A DNA stretch of 64,000 nucleotides from Zygnema circumcarinatum SAG 698-1b (Eukaryota; Plantae; Zygnematophyceae), in contig CM074806.1 of assembly GCA_037447605.1 (NCBI GenBank), positions 1,488,001 through 1,552,000 on the forward strand, in the 5' to 3' direction. This document shows, one piece after another, positions 61,930 to 64,000 of the stretch. Every line of letters begins with the position of its first letter. The first letter of the stretch is position 1. A program made the position numbers and the translations under genes. The notes below the pieces were generated by a model. It was not told the DNA's origin and did no database searches. It saw only the letters and a program-made list of their open reading frames with translations.

Positions 61930-64000
61930 TCAGTGAGCAGCTTGCAGAGGCGAGCAGCTGCCCAGCGATGGCAGGCTCGCCAGTTGGCCTCTGCGGCTCG
62001 CGGGCCGACAATAGAACTCTGCGATCGCACTTTGGTGCGCGCGTACCCCACAGCTACAGGCACGGCTGCCCCCACACATTTCAGAGTATGCTGCCCAGGC
62101 CATTAAAAAACCACTCTCAGCACAAAGGTACAAAGGTTCAGACATTTGGTCGGGCTCAAAGTAAGCGATGACGTCGATATGTTGAGTCTTATGAGATGTA
62201 TACATGGAGAAAGGGCGCAGGCAGCAGGAGCTTCAAGTACGGAAATCTCGGGATGGTTGCGTGAGGAAAAGGCAGCAAACTCACATGCAGTGTTGGATTC
62301 TGCCAGTTGAGCACAGAGCCTCCAGTGAGCAGTAGGGCAGATGCAATGGAAAGCTCATTGAGGCGAGACACAGGTAAGATGCTGCCAACCGCTGAGGCAA
62401 TGATATTTAGGTGGCTTTCCCTGCCGGGTTTCCCAAACAGGAATTTCGCTATCCATCGGCTGACTCCAATAGCACTAACGCAGGCCATGGCCACTCCTGC
62501 AATGATGGGAAAAAAAGCCTGCAATCACCCGTTGGTGTGAGTCCACTGTTCAGGATCTTTGCACATGCCTCAATTGAACTTGGCTGCAAACACCTACAGA
62601 GATAGGGGCAACAGACTCTCCTGGCCGGCTAGAAATGCATAAACGTGCTGAGGAATACTTCAACGTTGGCGAACCGTGACTTGAGCAATTCTCCGACAGA
62701 GGTAATTGGCACAGCACATTGCCTATAAACTTGAGCAGATTGAACATCGATGAAGGCTCTCTGTAAAGTACTTATTGTTTTCAAAAAAAGGTTACGTTAA
62801 TCGTTGCTTTGGAAAATTATGACCAACAGGGGTGAACGACAGTCTAAACTTTTCGGCCACGTAACACAACATCGGGCGCATCATCCAAGCGGTTACGTCT
62901 GAATAGCATATTATTGCCAACTTCTTCATGGGATCTTCAATTTTTCCATACAGGAAAAAAAAAAGGGTCATGCCAAATTAAAACTTGAACTCTTATTTAA
63001 AGAGGGCCAGCTCTCTTTCGTACAGGAGTCCATCTACTCGGGATGGAGACGTCAAAAGGTAGAAATTCCAGAAACCAGAGTGAGAGATATAAAAGCTTGG
63101 AACTGGTTAAGTCCAACGACTGTTCCTCAAAAAACGAAAAACTTTTTTTGGAAGGAAACGCGTTATCTCCATTCAAAAAAGGAACTAATCTAAATGTTCG
63201 ACGAGTAGTCTTTGCGTCTAAAGGTCTAAAAGTCCCCATAAAGGTTGGCCCTACTGAAATACCACTTCAATACCTTTTCCCTCTCTTCACAGATGGTTAC
63301 GAATCCTTGGGAAAAACTAAGTACACTATCGTCAGCCCATCGGCCCACTATGTTTGGTGGTAAGTTTCGTAGTTTCAATTTAGGCTTTACCTTTATACCA
63401 CCAACTACACTCTTTCATGCATCTTATATGTTAATAAGCCTCGCCTTATCTTCGTATTCAGTATGCACTTCATCAGGTCCGGTCCAGTCAAATGATCAAA
63501 TGAAAAGGCGCAATAGAGACGAAGAGCTTGCAATGAAGCAATTTGCCCACAAAAATGAAAGATTGCGGGAAGAATGATTATTGAGAAGCAGAGAGTAGTA
63601 AAAAGCGCCGGAGTACAACAGCACCTGGGAGCAAAGAAGCACTCCTGCTGCATCTGCCACCCGCAGAACTGCATCCCAATGTTGAAAGACGGCATGCCTT
63701 TTGTTTCCTCTCCGCAAGAACCTGCAGCCAAATAGAGGAGCACATGGAGTAGAAACTTCAATCATAGGGTCCTCACTGTAGTCATTTGGCGTTGGCATTC
63801 CTTTCAGCAAAGAAAGGGGCGCGAATGCCAACTCCTTTAGACTCCCACAATCAGCCATAAGAAAAGAGGGAAAAAGCAAGGACTAAGAACATCCTGCTCA
63901 CTTGTCAAATGCTGAAACCGCAGCTCCAGCCAGTTGGCAGTGGCCGGGTGCAGCTCCAATGTGCAGCTTTAGAAGCTGGAGGGTGACATCCCCTCTGGTC
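61930..64000 (-). CDS. 3' part of an unidentified spliced gene entering from the right edge
   Basis: Candidate exons near 64000-63902, 63841-~63630, ~62518-62285 and ~62189-61930 (stop), with peptides LKELAFAPLSLLKGMPTPNDY, RWIAKFLFGKPGRESHLNII and HIDVIAYFEPDQMSEPLYLC. Phases are not fully reconciled and no family was recognised. Confidence 0.4.
63001..63450 (+). pseudogene. AT-rich ORF fragment, possible Helitron Rep-helicase relic inside an intron
   Basis: TEIPLQYLFPLFTDGY...SPSAHY followed, after a frame change, by GKFRSFNLGFTFI. This resembles by eye the Helitron N-terminal LFP..G..G...YF..RL...RF..D..Y.F pattern. Weak, pattern-level evidence only. Confidence 0.3.

Noticed and set aside
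1-64000. tRNA, rRNA or snoRNA genes
   Set aside because: No cloverleaf, rRNA signature or convincing C/D or H/ACA structure recognised by eye; an Infernal/tRNAscan run would be needed to exclude them.

Overview
Gene-dense, intron-rich eukaryotic nuclear DNA (GT-AG spliceosomal introns, two 10-N gaps). Gene content is land-plant-like but compact, which suggests a streptophyte (charophyte) alga; this is an inference, not an identification. Well-supported genes, left to right: EXO70A-type exocyst subunit (+, 12 exons, one GC-AG intron), plant O-fucosyltransferase-family protein (+), gamma carbonic anhydrase-like complex I subunit (-, intronless), PRP38B-type splicing factor (+), F-box protein (-), CCS52/FZR APC/C activator (+), plastid ribulose-5-phosphate 3-epimerase (+), phototropin (-, not a neochrome), sorting nexin 1 (+) and an ABC1/UbiB atypical kinase (-). 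Several unidentified multi-exon genes are also present. The most unusual non-genic features are: a ~285-bp polarised TTAGGG telomere-type array ending ~20 nt before the EXO70 start codon; a six-copy dispersed ~100-150 bp repeat with conserved hairpin stems and variable loops; a TA-flanked 229-bp MITE with 28-bp TIRs; a possible Helitron relic; and strong CCGTAC (SBP-type) motif clustering in GC-rich promoter islands. All exon coordinates were derived by hand and no database searches were run.
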